From Nitrosotalea sp. (GTDB taxonomy: Archaea > Thermoproteota > Nitrososphaeria > Nitrososphaerales > Nitrosopumilaceae): 64,000 nt of DNA. Positions within the stretch are counted from its first letter, which is position 1. Every line of letters begins with the position of its first letter. Below are positions 50,876-60,524 of this stretch, in pieces. Below the pieces are notes generated by a model, which worked only from the letters and a program-made list of their open reading frames with translations, had not been told where the DNA came from and made no database searches. Both the position numbers and the translations under genes were made by a program. Location: assembly GCA_028580875.1 (NCBI GenBank), contig JAJSDS010000001.1:3295-67294 (forward strand), in the 5' to 3' direction.

Positions 50876-52564
50876 ATGGAAAAAATATCAGGTGCTAGGT
50901 CTTTGATGATTGCTTTGGAAAAAGAAGGCGTTGAGATTGCCTTTGGGTTACCGGGAGGTGCAAACTTGCCAATATACGATGAGCTCTACAAGAGCAACAT
51001 CCGACATGTATTGGTAAGACATGAACAGTCCGCATCACATATGGCAGACGGTTTTGGCAGAGTAAGTAGAAGACCAGGTGTCTGTTTTGCAACATCAGGT
51101 CCTGGTGCTACAAATATTGTTACAGGAATTGCAACTGCACAGGCAGATTCTGCACCAATGGTTGCAATCACAGGACAGGTGCCATCAAAGATGATTGGAC
51201 GCGACGCATTCCAAGAAAGCGATATCATCGGAATTACAAACCCTATTGTAAAATATGCATTCCAACCAATGAGTCCAAACGAAGTTCCAGAGGTTGTAAA
51301 AAAGGCATTTTACATTGCGTCAACTGGAAGACCAGGTCCAGTACTAATTGACATTCCAAAAGATGTTCAACAAAATGAAGCAGAAGTGCACTTTCCATCC
51401 GAAGTAAAGATCAGGGGTTACCATCCATGGGTAGACCCAGACATAACACAAATTGAAAGGGCAACTGAGATGTTACTCTCTGCAGAAAGGCCAATCATTC
51501 TAGCAGGAGGAGGAGTGATTATTTCAAGTGCATTTGCAGAATTGCAATCAATTGCAGAATTACTAATGATTCCAGTTGTAACAACCTTCAAGGGAAAAGG
51601 ATCATTTCCAGAAAATCACCCACTCTCACTTGGACCAATAGGAATGCACGGACATGCAGAGGCAAACAAGATGATGACAGAAGCCGACTGTGTTCTTGCA
51701 TGTGGTTCAAGATTCTCAGATAGGTCAGTTGGAACATTTGAAGAGTTTGAAAGAAACTTGAAGATCATTCACATGGATGTAGACCCTGCAGAGATAGGAA
51801 AGAATCAGACAACAAACGTTGCAGTGGTAGGAGACGTCAAAACATCACTTCGTATTATGGTAAAAATGTTAATCCAAAAAGCAATCAAACGAAACGGAGA
51901 GAGCGCATGGGCAAAGCGAGTCAAGGAGACAAAGGACTACTATAGAGAAAACCTCAAGGTACATCCTCACCCATTAGCAGCATCAAAGGTTCTCAAAAAA
52001 TTAAGAGAGGTATTACCTACACAATCAATTGTTACTACCGAAGTAGGCCAACACCAGATGTGGGCATCATTATTCTTTGATGTAATCCATCCTGGCACAT
52101 TCTTTAGTTCAACAGGTCTTGGAACGATGGGTTGGGGATTTCCTGCAGCAATTGGTGCCAAGGCAGCAAAACCAGATGTACCAGTACTAGATATTGCAGG
52201 AGAAGGAAGCTTTAACATGACAGAAAACTCACTTGCAGTTTCTGTATTAGAGGATTTACCAGTCATTGTATTCTTGCTAAATAATTTCACACTTGGCATG
52301 GTAGCCCAGTGGCAGAGAACATTTTACGATAGGAGAATGATTGGAGTTGACCTCAAGAATTGCCCAGACTATGTCAAGGTAGCAGAAGCATATGGTGCAC
52401 AAGGAATACGTGCTACAACAATTGATGAAATTGGCAAGGCAGTACAGACTGCGATTAAAAGCAATGTTGCAACAGTAATTGATATTCCAATCGATCCACA
52501 AGAGGACGTGTTACCATTTGTTGCACCAGGTACATCGCTCAAGGACATGATCTTACCATCCTAG
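50876..52564 (+). CDS. ilvB: Acetolactate synthase large subunit
   Basis: FGLPGG, RHEQ, TSGPGATN, DAFQE, GQHQMW, LGTMG, GMVAQWQ. Confidence 0.96.
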   Translation: MEKISGARSLMIALEKEGVEIAFGLPGGANLPIYDELYKSNIRHVLVRHEQSASHMADGFGRVSRRPGVCFATSGPGATNIVTGIATAQADSAPMVAITGQVPSKMIGRDAFQESDIIGITNPIVKYAFQPMSPNEVPEVVKKAFYIASTGRPGPVLIDIPKDVQQNEAEVHFPSEVKIRGYHPWVDPDITQIERATEMLLSAERPIILAGGGVIISSAFAELQSIAELLMIPVVTTFKGKGSFPENHPLSLGPIGMHGHAEANKMMTEADCVLACGSRFSDRSVGTFEEFERNLKIIHMDVDPAEIGKNQTTNVAVVGDVKTSLRIMVKMLIQKAIKRNGESAWAKRVKETKDYYRENLKVHPHPLAASKVLKKLREVLPTQSIVTTEVGQHQMWASLFFDVIHPGTFFSSTGLGTMGWGFPAAIGAKAAKPDVPVLDIAGEGSFNMTENSLAVSVLEDLPVIVFLLNNFTLGMVAQWQRTFYDRRMIGVDLKNCPDYVKVAEAYGAQGIRATTIDEIGKAVQTAIKSNVATVIDIPIDPQEDVLPFVAPGTSLKDMILPS

Positions 52565-52573
52565 TGAGATACC

Positions 52574-53065
52574 ATGTGGTCAATAATTTCCGTTTTAGTT
52601 GAAAACAAGCCTGGTGTCTTGTTCAAGATTACAAACTTGTTTAGATCAAGAAACTACAACATCGACAGCATATCAGTAGGGATAACTGAAAACCCCGAAG
52701 TCTCCAGGATGACAATCACTACAGAGGCAGACGAAAAACAACTAGCCCAAATATTGAAGCAGTTAGACAAATTAATTGATACATTAGAAGTAAAACTATT
52801 AGACGAGAAAAAGAGTATATACAGAGAACTTGTCATGATGAAACTCAAAGTATCAAAGCCAACTGACATCAAGGAGATAACGGACCTTGCAAACGCATTC
52901 AAGTGCGATGTCCATGACGTCAGAAAATCATCAATCATAATTGAGATCACCGCTACACCAGACCGTATCAACGCACTAGAGGACCTTGTCAAGGGATATG
53001 GAATCCTAGAGATGGCAAGAACAGGAATATGTGCACTAGCAAGAGGACAAGCAAATGAAGGTTAG
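52574..53065 (+). CDS. ilvN: Acetolactate synthase small subunit
   Basis: VENKPGVL ACT domain, NIDSISVG, SRMTI, EMARTG. Confidence 0.94.
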   Translation: MWSIISVLVENKPGVLFKITNLFRSRNYNIDSISVGITENPEVSRMTITTEADEKQLAQILKQLDKLIDTLEVKLLDEKKSIYRELVMMKLKVSKPTDIKEITDLANAFKCDVHDVRKSSIIIEITATPDRINALEDLVKGYGILEMARTGICALARGQANEG

Positions 53066-54572
53066 AATTTTCGATACCACACTACGAGACGGAGAGCAGA
53101 CACCAGGTGTAGCCCTCACCCCAGACCAAAAACTTGCAATTGCACAAAAACTAGACGAGCTCGGTGTTGATGCAATCGAAGCTGGATTTCCAATCATATC
53201 CGACGGAGAAAGACAGGCAATCAAGTCAATTACATCAGCAGGAATGAAGGCAGACATTTGCGGGTTAGCAAGAACTGAAAAAAAAGATATCGATGCAGCA
53301 GTTGCAGTCGGGCTAGGTTACATTCACACATTCATTGCAACGTCTGATATTCACTTGCAGTATAAACTAAAACTAACAAGAGAACAAGCGCTAGCAAAGG
53401 CAGTCAATGCAGTACAATATGCAAAGTCACTTGGACTAAAAGTCGAGTTTTCAGCAGAAGATGCAACAAGAACAGACAGGGAATTCTTGAAAAAAGTTTT
53501 CAAGGCAGTAACAGAAGCAGGTGCAGACAGACTAGACATTCCAGATACAGTAGGTTATTCCACTCCACAGTATATTGCAGCAATTACAAAAGATACAATT
53601 GATGCAACACACTTGCCTGTCAGCGTCCACTGCCACAATGACTTTGGACTTGCAGTTGCAAATGCAATATCTGCAATACAGGCAGGTGCACAATGTGCGC
53701 ATGTTACAATAAATGGAATTGGGGAAAGGGCAGGAAACGCATCACTAGAGGAACTGGTGATGGGATTGCAATGCCTCCAGTTTGATAAAAAATATGAAAC
53801 AAACATCAACACCAAGCTACTCTATGAAACATCAAGATACATCTCAAAGACAGTAGGAGTTCACGTCCAGCCAAACAAGGCAATTGTAGGAGAGAACGCA
53901 TTTGGTCACGAGTCAGGAATCCACACCCATGGTGTGCTAAGCAATCCACTTACCTACGAGCCAATCAGTCCAGAACTTGTAGGCAGAACAAGGTGGTTCC
54001 AGGTAGGCAAGCACGCAGGTGCACACGGAATATCATCAATGCTTGAAGAATACGGAATCCAGCCATCAAAGGAGCAGGCCCATGAAATCTTGGATAAAGT
54101 CAAAAAACTCGGAGACTTGGGAAAGCACGTAACAGATGTAGAGTTACTTGGAATAGCAGGAGAGGTCATGCAACAGCCAGGGCTAAAGAGAATGGTCCAC
54201 CTAACAGGTTTTTCAGTATCAACAGGAATCGGAAACATGCCGTACGCATTTGTAAAATTAAACATTGACGGCAAGGACTTTATCGCTACAGACTATGGTG
54301 TAGGCCCAGTTGATGCATCAATTAATGCCATACAAAAAATCACTGGAGAGATATCAAAGGTAAGAATAAAAGATTACAGATTAGATTCAATCTCCGGAGG
54401 ATCAGAGGCCTTGTGCGAAGTTACAATCAAAGTGGAAGACCCATACGGCAACCAGGCATCTGCAAAATCAGTTGGAGAAGATATTGTAATCACTAGTGTA
54501 CAAGCAATGGTAGATGGAATAAACAGAATCATGCTCAAAAAAATTCTTAAACAAAAAAACTTGGGACAGTAA
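53055..54572 (+). CDS. leuA: 2-isopropylmalate synthase (LeuA/CimA family)
   Basis: DTTLRDGEQ, HCHNDFG, GERAGN, HESGIH, C-terminal regulatory domain GVGPVDA. Confidence 0.88.
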   Translation: MKVRIFDTTLRDGEQTPGVALTPDQKLAIAQKLDELGVDAIEAGFPIISDGERQAIKSITSAGMKADICGLARTEKKDIDAAVAVGLGYIHTFIATSDIHLQYKLKLTREQALAKAVNAVQYAKSLGLKVEFSAEDATRTDREFLKKVFKAVTEAGADRLDIPDTVGYSTPQYIAAITKDTIDATHLPVSVHCHNDFGLAVANAISAIQAGAQCAHVTINGIGERAGNASLEELVMGLQCLQFDKKYETNINTKLLYETSRYISKTVGVHVQPNKAIVGENAFGHESGIHTHGVLSNPLTYEPISPELVGRTRWFQVGKHAGAHGISSMLEEYGIQPSKEQAHEILDKVKKLGDLGKHVTDVELLGIAGEVMQQPGLKRMVHLTGFSVSTGIGNMPYAFVKLNIDGKDFIATDYGVGPVDASINAIQKITGEISKVRIKDYRLDSISGGSEALCEVTIKVEDPYGNQASAKSVGEDIVITSVQAMVDGINRIMLKKILKQKNLGQ

Positions 54573-55589
54573 ATGTACAAAATAGCACTCATTACGGGTG
54601 ACGGCATAGGCCCAGAATTATCAGAATCAGTAATTTCAGTACTGGATACAATAAACAATAAGCTCGGAGTAAAAATCGAGGTGACCAAACTAGAGGCAGG
54701 TGATGCGGCACTCAAAAAAACGGGCAAGGCATTACCCGACGCGACACTTGATACAATAAAAAAATCTGATGCATGCCTCAAGGCCCCAGTAGGTGAAAGT
54801 GCAGCAGATGTCATTGTGGTACTACGAAGATTACTAGACCTTTATGCAAACATCAGGCCTGCCAAATCATATCCCAACATGCCATCATTAAAGGAAAATA
54901 TCGACATGGTCATAGTCAGGGAAAATACCGAAGACTTGTACACTGGAATGGAGTTTGATATTGGAGAAACAACAATTGCGTTGCGTTCAATTTCCAAGAG
55001 TGCATCAGAGAGGATTGCAAGGCATGCATTTGAGACAGCAGTGAGACGAGACAAGAAGAAAAAGGTCACATGTGTCCACAAGTCAAACGTGATGAGAAAG
55101 ACTGATGGCTTGTTTGCAAAGACATGTGAGGGAATAGCAAAGAGTTACCCCCAGATTGTATTTGAGCACATGTACGTTGATGCATGCGCCATGAATCTAA
55201 TACGACAGCCGGAGGCCTTTGATGTCATAGTTACAACCAACTTGTTTGGAGATATCTTATCAGATGAGGCATCACAAGTCGTAGGCGGGCTAGGGATGGC
55301 ACCAGCTGCAAACATTGGAGACAAGTTTGCATTGTTTGAGCCAGTCCATGGTGCGGCATTTGATATTGCAGGAAAAAACATTGCAAACCCATCATCGTTT
55401 ATCTTGTCAGCAAAGATGATGTTTGAATGGCTTGGCACAAAAAACAACGACAAGTTATGCCATGACGCTGCAAGAAAAATCGAAGACGCAGTTTACGGAA
55501 TTGTCAAGCAAGGAATAAAGACAAAAGACATTGGCGGAGACAAGAGTACTAGAGAGTTTACTCAAAACGTTATCTCGCGAATCACTTAA
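54573..55589 (+). CDS. leuB: 3-isopropylmalate dehydrogenase (isocitrate/isopropylmalate family)
   Basis: GDGIGPE, YANIRP, RENTEDLY, NLFGDILSD, FEPVHG; directly after leuA. Confidence 0.8.
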   Translation: MYKIALITGDGIGPELSESVISVLDTINNKLGVKIEVTKLEAGDAALKKTGKALPDATLDTIKKSDACLKAPVGESAADVIVVLRRLLDLYANIRPAKSYPNMPSLKENIDMVIVRENTEDLYTGMEFDIGETTIALRSISKSASERIARHAFETAVRRDKKKKVTCVHKSNVMRKTDGLFAKTCEGIAKSYPQIVFEHMYVDACAMNLIRQPEAFDVIVTTNLFGDILSDEASQVVGGLGMAPAANIGDKFALFEPVHGAAFDIAGKNIANPSSFILSAKMMFEWLGTKNNDKLCHDAARKIEDAVYGIVKQGIKTKDIGGDKSTREFTQNVISRIT

Positions 55590-55923
55590 GATCAGATACG
55601 GGTGGTTCCCGTGACCAGAAAAACATTGCAAGGCTGATTGGAACCATGATCATGATTGCAACTCCAAGTGAAATCCAGTAAAATGTCGGATCTATTCCTT
55701 TTATGAATGGCACAGGAAATACAGTATACGCCCAGACAAATGCAATAAACCCAAGAAGCACTTTATTTTTCTTGAAGATGCGCCACCCAAGTTTTCTTTT
55801 GGCAATATAGCAGCGCTTGCACCTGGTACGATCATCAGTCATGCATGACGTGCAACAGTGCTTGTCACAAAAGTAGCATGTCCTGTCTCCAAACTCAGAG
55901 CCGCAAAAATCGCATTCTTGCAC
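55582..55923 (-). CDS. Zn-finger membrane protein
   Basis: Four CxxC pairs followed by two TM helices; GTG start. Confidence 0.75.
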   Translation of the reverse strand: MQECDFCGSEFGDRTCYFCDKHCCTSCMTDDRTRCKRCYIAKRKLGWRIFKKNKVLLGFIAFVWAYTVFPVPFIKGIDPTFYWISLGVAIMIMVPISLAMFFWSREPPVSDLK

Positions 55924-55956
55924 AACTCATTGTGGATTTGATCAAAATTTATCTTT

Positions 55957-57246
55957 TTATGGAAATAGCCTTTCTGGGTCACGAGGATAGAGAACCACCT
56001 CTCTGACATTGTCAATCTGTGTCAGCACCGCCATTAGCCTATCAAGTCCCAAGCCCCAGCCAGAATGAGGTGGCATGCCCCAGTCAAATGCCTTCAAGTG
56101 GTCTTCAAACTGTGCAGGATCAAGTCCTTGCTCGACAAGCCGTGCCTTAATCTTGGCAGGGTCATGTAGTCTTCTGCCACCAGAGGACAGTTCCAGATAT
56201 CCATACTGCAAGTCAAACGACTTTGAGACCACTGGGTCATCCTCTTTTTCGTGAATGTAAAACGGCTTTAGTTTCAAAGGCCAGTCAGTTAAAAAGTAAA
56301 AACCAGGATGAATCTCACCCAGAGTTCTAAGATGAGAGTCAAGCAAGTCATCTCCAAATGCAAGCGGCAGTCCTTTCTTTCCAAGCTCTTCAATTGCCTG
56401 CTTGTATGTCACCCTTTCAAAAGGCGCTTGTGGTTTTTTGATTTCAATTCCCAAGTTCTTGATGTCTTGTGAACAGTTCTTTTCCACATCATCAAATACT
56501 GCAACAACTAGTTTTTCTAAAATGTCCATGACGTCAGTGTAATCCATAAACGCAGATTCAATGTCAACACTTGTAAATTCTGTTAGGTGTCTTACGGTGT
56601 GGGATTTTTCTGCACGGTAAAAAGAAGATATCTCAAAGATTCTTTCAAGGCCTAGAGTAAGCTGTTCTTTGTAGAGCTGTGGGCTCTGTGCAAGGTATGC
56701 TTGCTTGTCAAAATATTTCAGCGAAAAAAGATTTGCTCCACCTTCGCTTGCACTGCCAATAATTTTCGGAGTGTTTACTTCAAGAAAGCCACTTTCTGCA
56801 AGTGTCCTTCTGATACATTGTAAAACATTGTGTCGTATCTTGAATATCGACGCAGTCTTTTGGTTGCGAAGATCAAGTGCTCTTGCGTTTAGTCTGTTAT
56901 CAATTCCACTCTCTAGTCTGCCCAGGGGGTCAATTGGTAAAGGATGAATTGCACGTGATAAAATTTCAATTTTTTCTGCCTTGATTTCAAATGCAAAGTC
57001 TCGAGCTTTGGATTCTTGCACCGCACCTGTCACAAGAACAACACTTTGCTTTGTAAGATCCTTTACCTGAGCCAAATTCTCTGGACCTGCAACTACAATC
57101 TGGGATACTCCAGTGACATCTCGCAGAGTGATAAACGAGAGTTTTCCAAGTTCTCTCAAATCTTCCACCCAGCCGCCTACTACCACTTTTTGTCCTTTCA
57201 TGGCAGGGCCAAGTGCGCCTATGTTATGCGTTTTTGTAATGTCCAT
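55957..57246 (-). CDS. aspS: Aspartyl-tRNA synthetase (archaeal, probably non-discriminating)
   Basis: OB fold LRD..Q, SEGGA, LAQSPQLYK, YRAE..RHLTEF, PPHSGWGLGLDR. Confidence 0.95.
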   Translation of the reverse strand: MDITKTHNIGALGPAMKGQKVVVGGWVEDLRELGKLSFITLRDVTGVSQIVVAGPENLAQVKDLTKQSVVLVTGAVQESKARDFAFEIKAEKIEILSRAIHPLPIDPLGRLESGIDNRLNARALDLRNQKTASIFKIRHNVLQCIRRTLAESGFLEVNTPKIIGSASEGGANLFSLKYFDKQAYLAQSPQLYKEQLTLGLERIFEISSFYRAEKSHTVRHLTEFTSVDIESAFMDYTDVMDILEKLVVAVFDDVEKNCSQDIKNLGIEIKKPQAPFERVTYKQAIEELGKKGLPLAFGDDLLDSHLRTLGEIHPGFYFLTDWPLKLKPFYIHEKEDDPVVSKSFDLQYGYLELSSGGRRLHDPAKIKARLVEQGLDPAQFEDHLKAFDWGMPPHSGWGLGLDRLMAVLTQIDNVREVVLYPRDPERLFP

Positions 57247-57257
57247 CAGATTATTCC

Positions 57258-57767
57258 TTACTTTCTTTCAAATTCTACTACTAGATCTATCTTTCGAAGA
57301 TCGTGAGCTATTGCAACAACTTGGTCCACATCTATTGGAAATCTGGCAGTCTTTTTGCCCGATACTATTACCTTTGTTTTTTGCATTCCGCCTGGAGCCC
57401 AGACTTGGTTTACTCCAAGTATCTTGATTGGGAAAAAAACATCTTCTATGAATTTTTTGTCGTCAGAGCCCTGGTGTACAAGCCAAATCTTTCCATCAAA
57501 CTCTCCTTGTAGTATACGGTACAGTTCCCTGCTTTGCCTTATAGTCATGATATCAGAGCTGTTAAGGTACAAGACATAGTTTCCATGCGATCCCCTGCAC
57601 GAGTTTAGCGTAAATTTTTCTATCTGCGGTATTTTTTGAGAAAGTTTTACTAGTTTTATTGATGCATCAACGTCTGCCTTGGTAAGTGTTCCTTGGTCAA
57701 GCTTTGATTCACATTGTGGGCACAGTATGCCGTTCATAGCGTCAAAGTTACAGATTGGAGTCCTCAA
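57258..57767 (-). CDS. NusA-like (NusA2-type, KH-domain) transcription factor
   Basis: PICxxD..GILCPQC N-terminus, KIWLV, FFP; TTG 57767 (ORF open to 57809). Confidence 0.7.
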   Translation of the reverse strand: MRTPICNFDAMNGILCPQCESKLDQGTLTKADVDASIKLVKLSQKIPQIEKFTLNSCRGSHGNYVLYLNSSDIMTIRQSRELYRILQGEFDGKIWLVHQGSDDKKFIEDVFFPIKILGVNQVWAPGGMQKTKVIVSGKKTARFPIDVDQVVAIAHDLRKIDLVVEFERK

Positions 57768-57888
57768 GGAAATCGATTTTTTGCTTGCAAAAACTAGAAG
57801 ATAAACCATGCGAAAATAGGTTCTGTATAATTGACGATTGATCGTCCCTTGTTCAAAATCGGTTGATGAAAGTTTGAAAATCTATCGC

Positions 57889-58095
57889 TTAGGATCCCAT
57901 CAAATGGTTTCTATTGAGAACATACAGAATTTGGACTAGTATCGAGATTCCAAAGACAACAAAGAGAGCTGGAATAGCCCATCTTAATCGATCTTGCGAT
58001 ACGATGCCCCTCTTAATCATAAAGTATGAAATTATTGAAAGGATTGCGGTAGTTATAAGGACTCTTACAATAAGACTCTGTGTTAAATCAAGCAT
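57889..58095 (-). CDS. Small two-TM membrane protein
   Basis: 68 aa, two hydrophobic helices. Confidence 0.6.
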   Translation of the reverse strand: MLDLTQSLIVRVLITTAILSIISYFMIKRGIVSQDRLRWAIPALFVVFGISILVQILYVLNRNHLMGS

Positions 58096-58197
58096 GAAAG
58101 AACGAAGCGGCGTGAGATTAATGAAGATGTCGTATAATTATCTTCTAAAAGATCGCTTGCTCAAAACCCAAATGTACCACTATACAATAGGATATTT

Positions 58198-59133
58198 GTG
58201 GTTTCATTATCTGTAGATGATCTATCTGTCCAGTATCAAAGTCAAGGAAAAAAAGTGCACGCTGTTGACCATGTGACATTTGCATTTGGCGATAACGAAT
58301 CCCTTGGAATAGTCGGAGAGAGTGGATGTGGCAAGAGTACGCTTGGCCTTGCAATCATGAAGACATTACAGGAAAACGCCAGTGTCTCAGGCAAGATTCT
58401 TTTTGACGGCAAATCCATACTGGAAATACCAGATTCAGAGTTTACAAAAGATGTCAGGTGGAAGCAAATGTCAATGATATTCCAAGGAGCAATGAATTCC
58501 CTAGACCCTGTTTTTACCATAAAAAAACAATTCGAGGAGATTCTAAGAAAACATAGTTTCCAAGGTGACCATATGGATGCAATAAAATCTGCAATATCAT
58601 CAGTGGGGCTTGCACATTCTGTTTTGGACAAGTACCCGCACGAGATAAGCGGAGGAATGAAGCAGCGAATAATCATTGCAATGGCGCTCATTTTAAGACC
58701 AAAAATGGTCATTGCAGACGAGCCCACAACTGCACTTGATGTTCTAGTCCAGGCCCAGATCATGATCTTGCTTAAAAAACTCAAAAAAGACGGATTGTCA
58801 ATCATACTAATCTCGCACGACTTGGGAATCATATCAGAGATTGCAGAAAAGGTCGGAATCATGTATGCAGGACAAATTGTAGAGTTTGGAAAGATGGAAG
58901 AGATTTACAAAAATCCAAAGCACCCGTATACAATTGCACTACTTGACTCCATACCAAAGATGAAGGAAACAAAAAGAATCATCCCACTAAAAGGAAACCC
59001 ACCAAGCTTGATAAGCCCTCCAAGTGGTTGCAGGTTTTATGACAGGTGTCCGCAAGCAATGGAGAAATGCAAAAAGGACCCTCCAAAAATCAAGACAGAG
59101 TCAGGCTTTGTAATGTGCTGGTTGCATGAATAA
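58198..59133 (+). CDS. oppD: Peptide/nickel ABC transporter ATPase (OppD/DppD)
   Basis: GESGCGKS, ISGGMKQR, ADEPTTALD, HPYT, GCRFYDRC. Confidence 0.9.
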   Translation: MVSLSVDDLSVQYQSQGKKVHAVDHVTFAFGDNESLGIVGESGCGKSTLGLAIMKTLQENASVSGKILFDGKSILEIPDSEFTKDVRWKQMSMIFQGAMNSLDPVFTIKKQFEEILRKHSFQGDHMDAIKSAISSVGLAHSVLDKYPHEISGGMKQRIIIAMALILRPKMVIADEPTTALDVLVQAQIMILLKKLKKDGLSIILISHDLGIISEIAEKVGIMYAGQIVEFGKMEEIYKNPKHPYTIALLDSIPKMKETKRIIPLKGNPPSLISPPSGCRFYDRCPQAMEKCKKDPPKIKTESGFVMCWLHE

Positions 59134-59158
59134 TTTATCTTTAAAATGATTTTATGAC

Positions 59159-60088
59159 TTACTTGAGTCCCGTACCGTTATAGTACGAGTTGTAGATTCT
59201 CAATGCATTGTCCATTGAGACTTGCTTTGCTTGTGCAAGCATTGCATTTCTGTCTGCACCATTTTCATCAGTTGTTGTGCTGCTAAGTCCATAATAGTTG
59301 GACTGGAGCAATGCCAAGTGTTTTTCATGAATCTGGTTGAATATCATTACTGCTTTTTCTAGAGCATATGCTTGCTGTGGTGTCAAGTTGCGGCCACCGT
59401 GGTCCTGTTCATTTGTTGTAGTGTTTGGCTTGTATGTGAATTGTGATGGGTCTACATACTGGCTCAAGTCTACGTATACATTATCAATTTTTGCAAGTTG
59501 GCTAACCAAGTCTGCTGCCTTGGCTTCATCGTCAGCCATATTTTGTGTAATTAGAGTTTGTCTATCATAAGTTGCTGCAGAATCAGTTGTTGGTCCTGCT
59601 TGGAAGTTTGCATAGTTTTGTTGAATCTTTACTAGTTGATTTACAATGTCTTGTGCTTGTACAAGTGATGAGGATGTTGCCTCAGCAATCATGGCATTTC
59701 TGTCTCTGCCTTGAGTATCAGTTGTAGTACTGTTAAGTCCAGCATAATTGGATGATTGGATATCGGTTAATTGTTTTACGTGAATATTGTCAAATTGCGC
59801 AATTGCGTTTTGCAATGAAACTTGTGCTTGTGCATCAATGTTTCTTCCTCTACTTGTTTCATCAGTAGTGACACTGGTTAGTCCAGCCCAGTTTCTCTTG
59901 GATTGATCCAAGTCTGCAAACTGGTAGTATGTCATGTATTTTTCCATGGCCTTTTGTTCTGATGCTTGTGCTCTTGCAGTAATGTCTGCCCAAGAATCAT
60001 CTGCAAAGACTGCATGGTTCAAGTAAACTGATCCAGCACTAAGCAATAGTCCTGTAATCATGAGAATTGCAAGTAACTGGAATTTCAC
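59159..60088 (-). CDS. Secreted protein with about five internal TTD..RN repeats
   Basis: Signal peptide; recurring (Y/W)AGLxSxTTDxxGRxRN unit; GTG start. Confidence 0.8.
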   Translation of the reverse strand: MKFQLLAILMITGLLLSAGSVYLNHAVFADDSWADITARAQASEQKAMEKYMTYYQFADLDQSKRNWAGLTSVTTDETSRGRNIDAQAQVSLQNAIAQFDNIHVKQLTDIQSSNYAGLNSTTTDTQGRDRNAMIAEATSSSLVQAQDIVNQLVKIQQNYANFQAGPTTDSAATYDRQTLITQNMADDEAKAADLVSQLAKIDNVYVDLSQYVDPSQFTYKPNTTTNEQDHGGRNLTPQQAYALEKAVMIFNQIHEKHLALLQSNYYGLSSTTTDENGADRNAMLAQAKQVSMDNALRIYNSYYNGTGLK

Positions 60089-60524
60089 GAAATCTCTCAG
60101 ATATTATGCCTTTTAAAACTTTGCGATGATCAGATATTTCCCCACTGATCGCCCTGTATGATAACTAATGCCTTAAGATGCAACAAGCAAAGCAACGATT
60201 AGTAGATCATATCTGATCCTAGTGATTTCAAACTAGTTATGGATGATGTGATGATGGCACCTACTTTTTCATGGTCTAGTTTTATACAATGTCACACTTG
60301 TGCCATATTTCTCAAAAGTAAATTTACAAGCACCCTCCAACATGAGAGCAAAGATCATAGTCAACCACATCCGTTAAAGATGAGACAGATGCTGTAAAGG
60401 ACAGATTTGTCCAGTACATTATACAATTTTCAAATGTTAGGCGTCATGATACAAAAATTACAAAAGGTAGGTTAAACTGAAATTTAATCAAAACCTATAT
60501 TCTCTGAAATTAATTTAATCTCAA

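Noticed and set aside
58242-58862. Long antisense ORFs (this one, 37060-37641, 21078-21533 and similar)
   Set aside because: Shadow ORFs opposite well-supported genes, with no motifs
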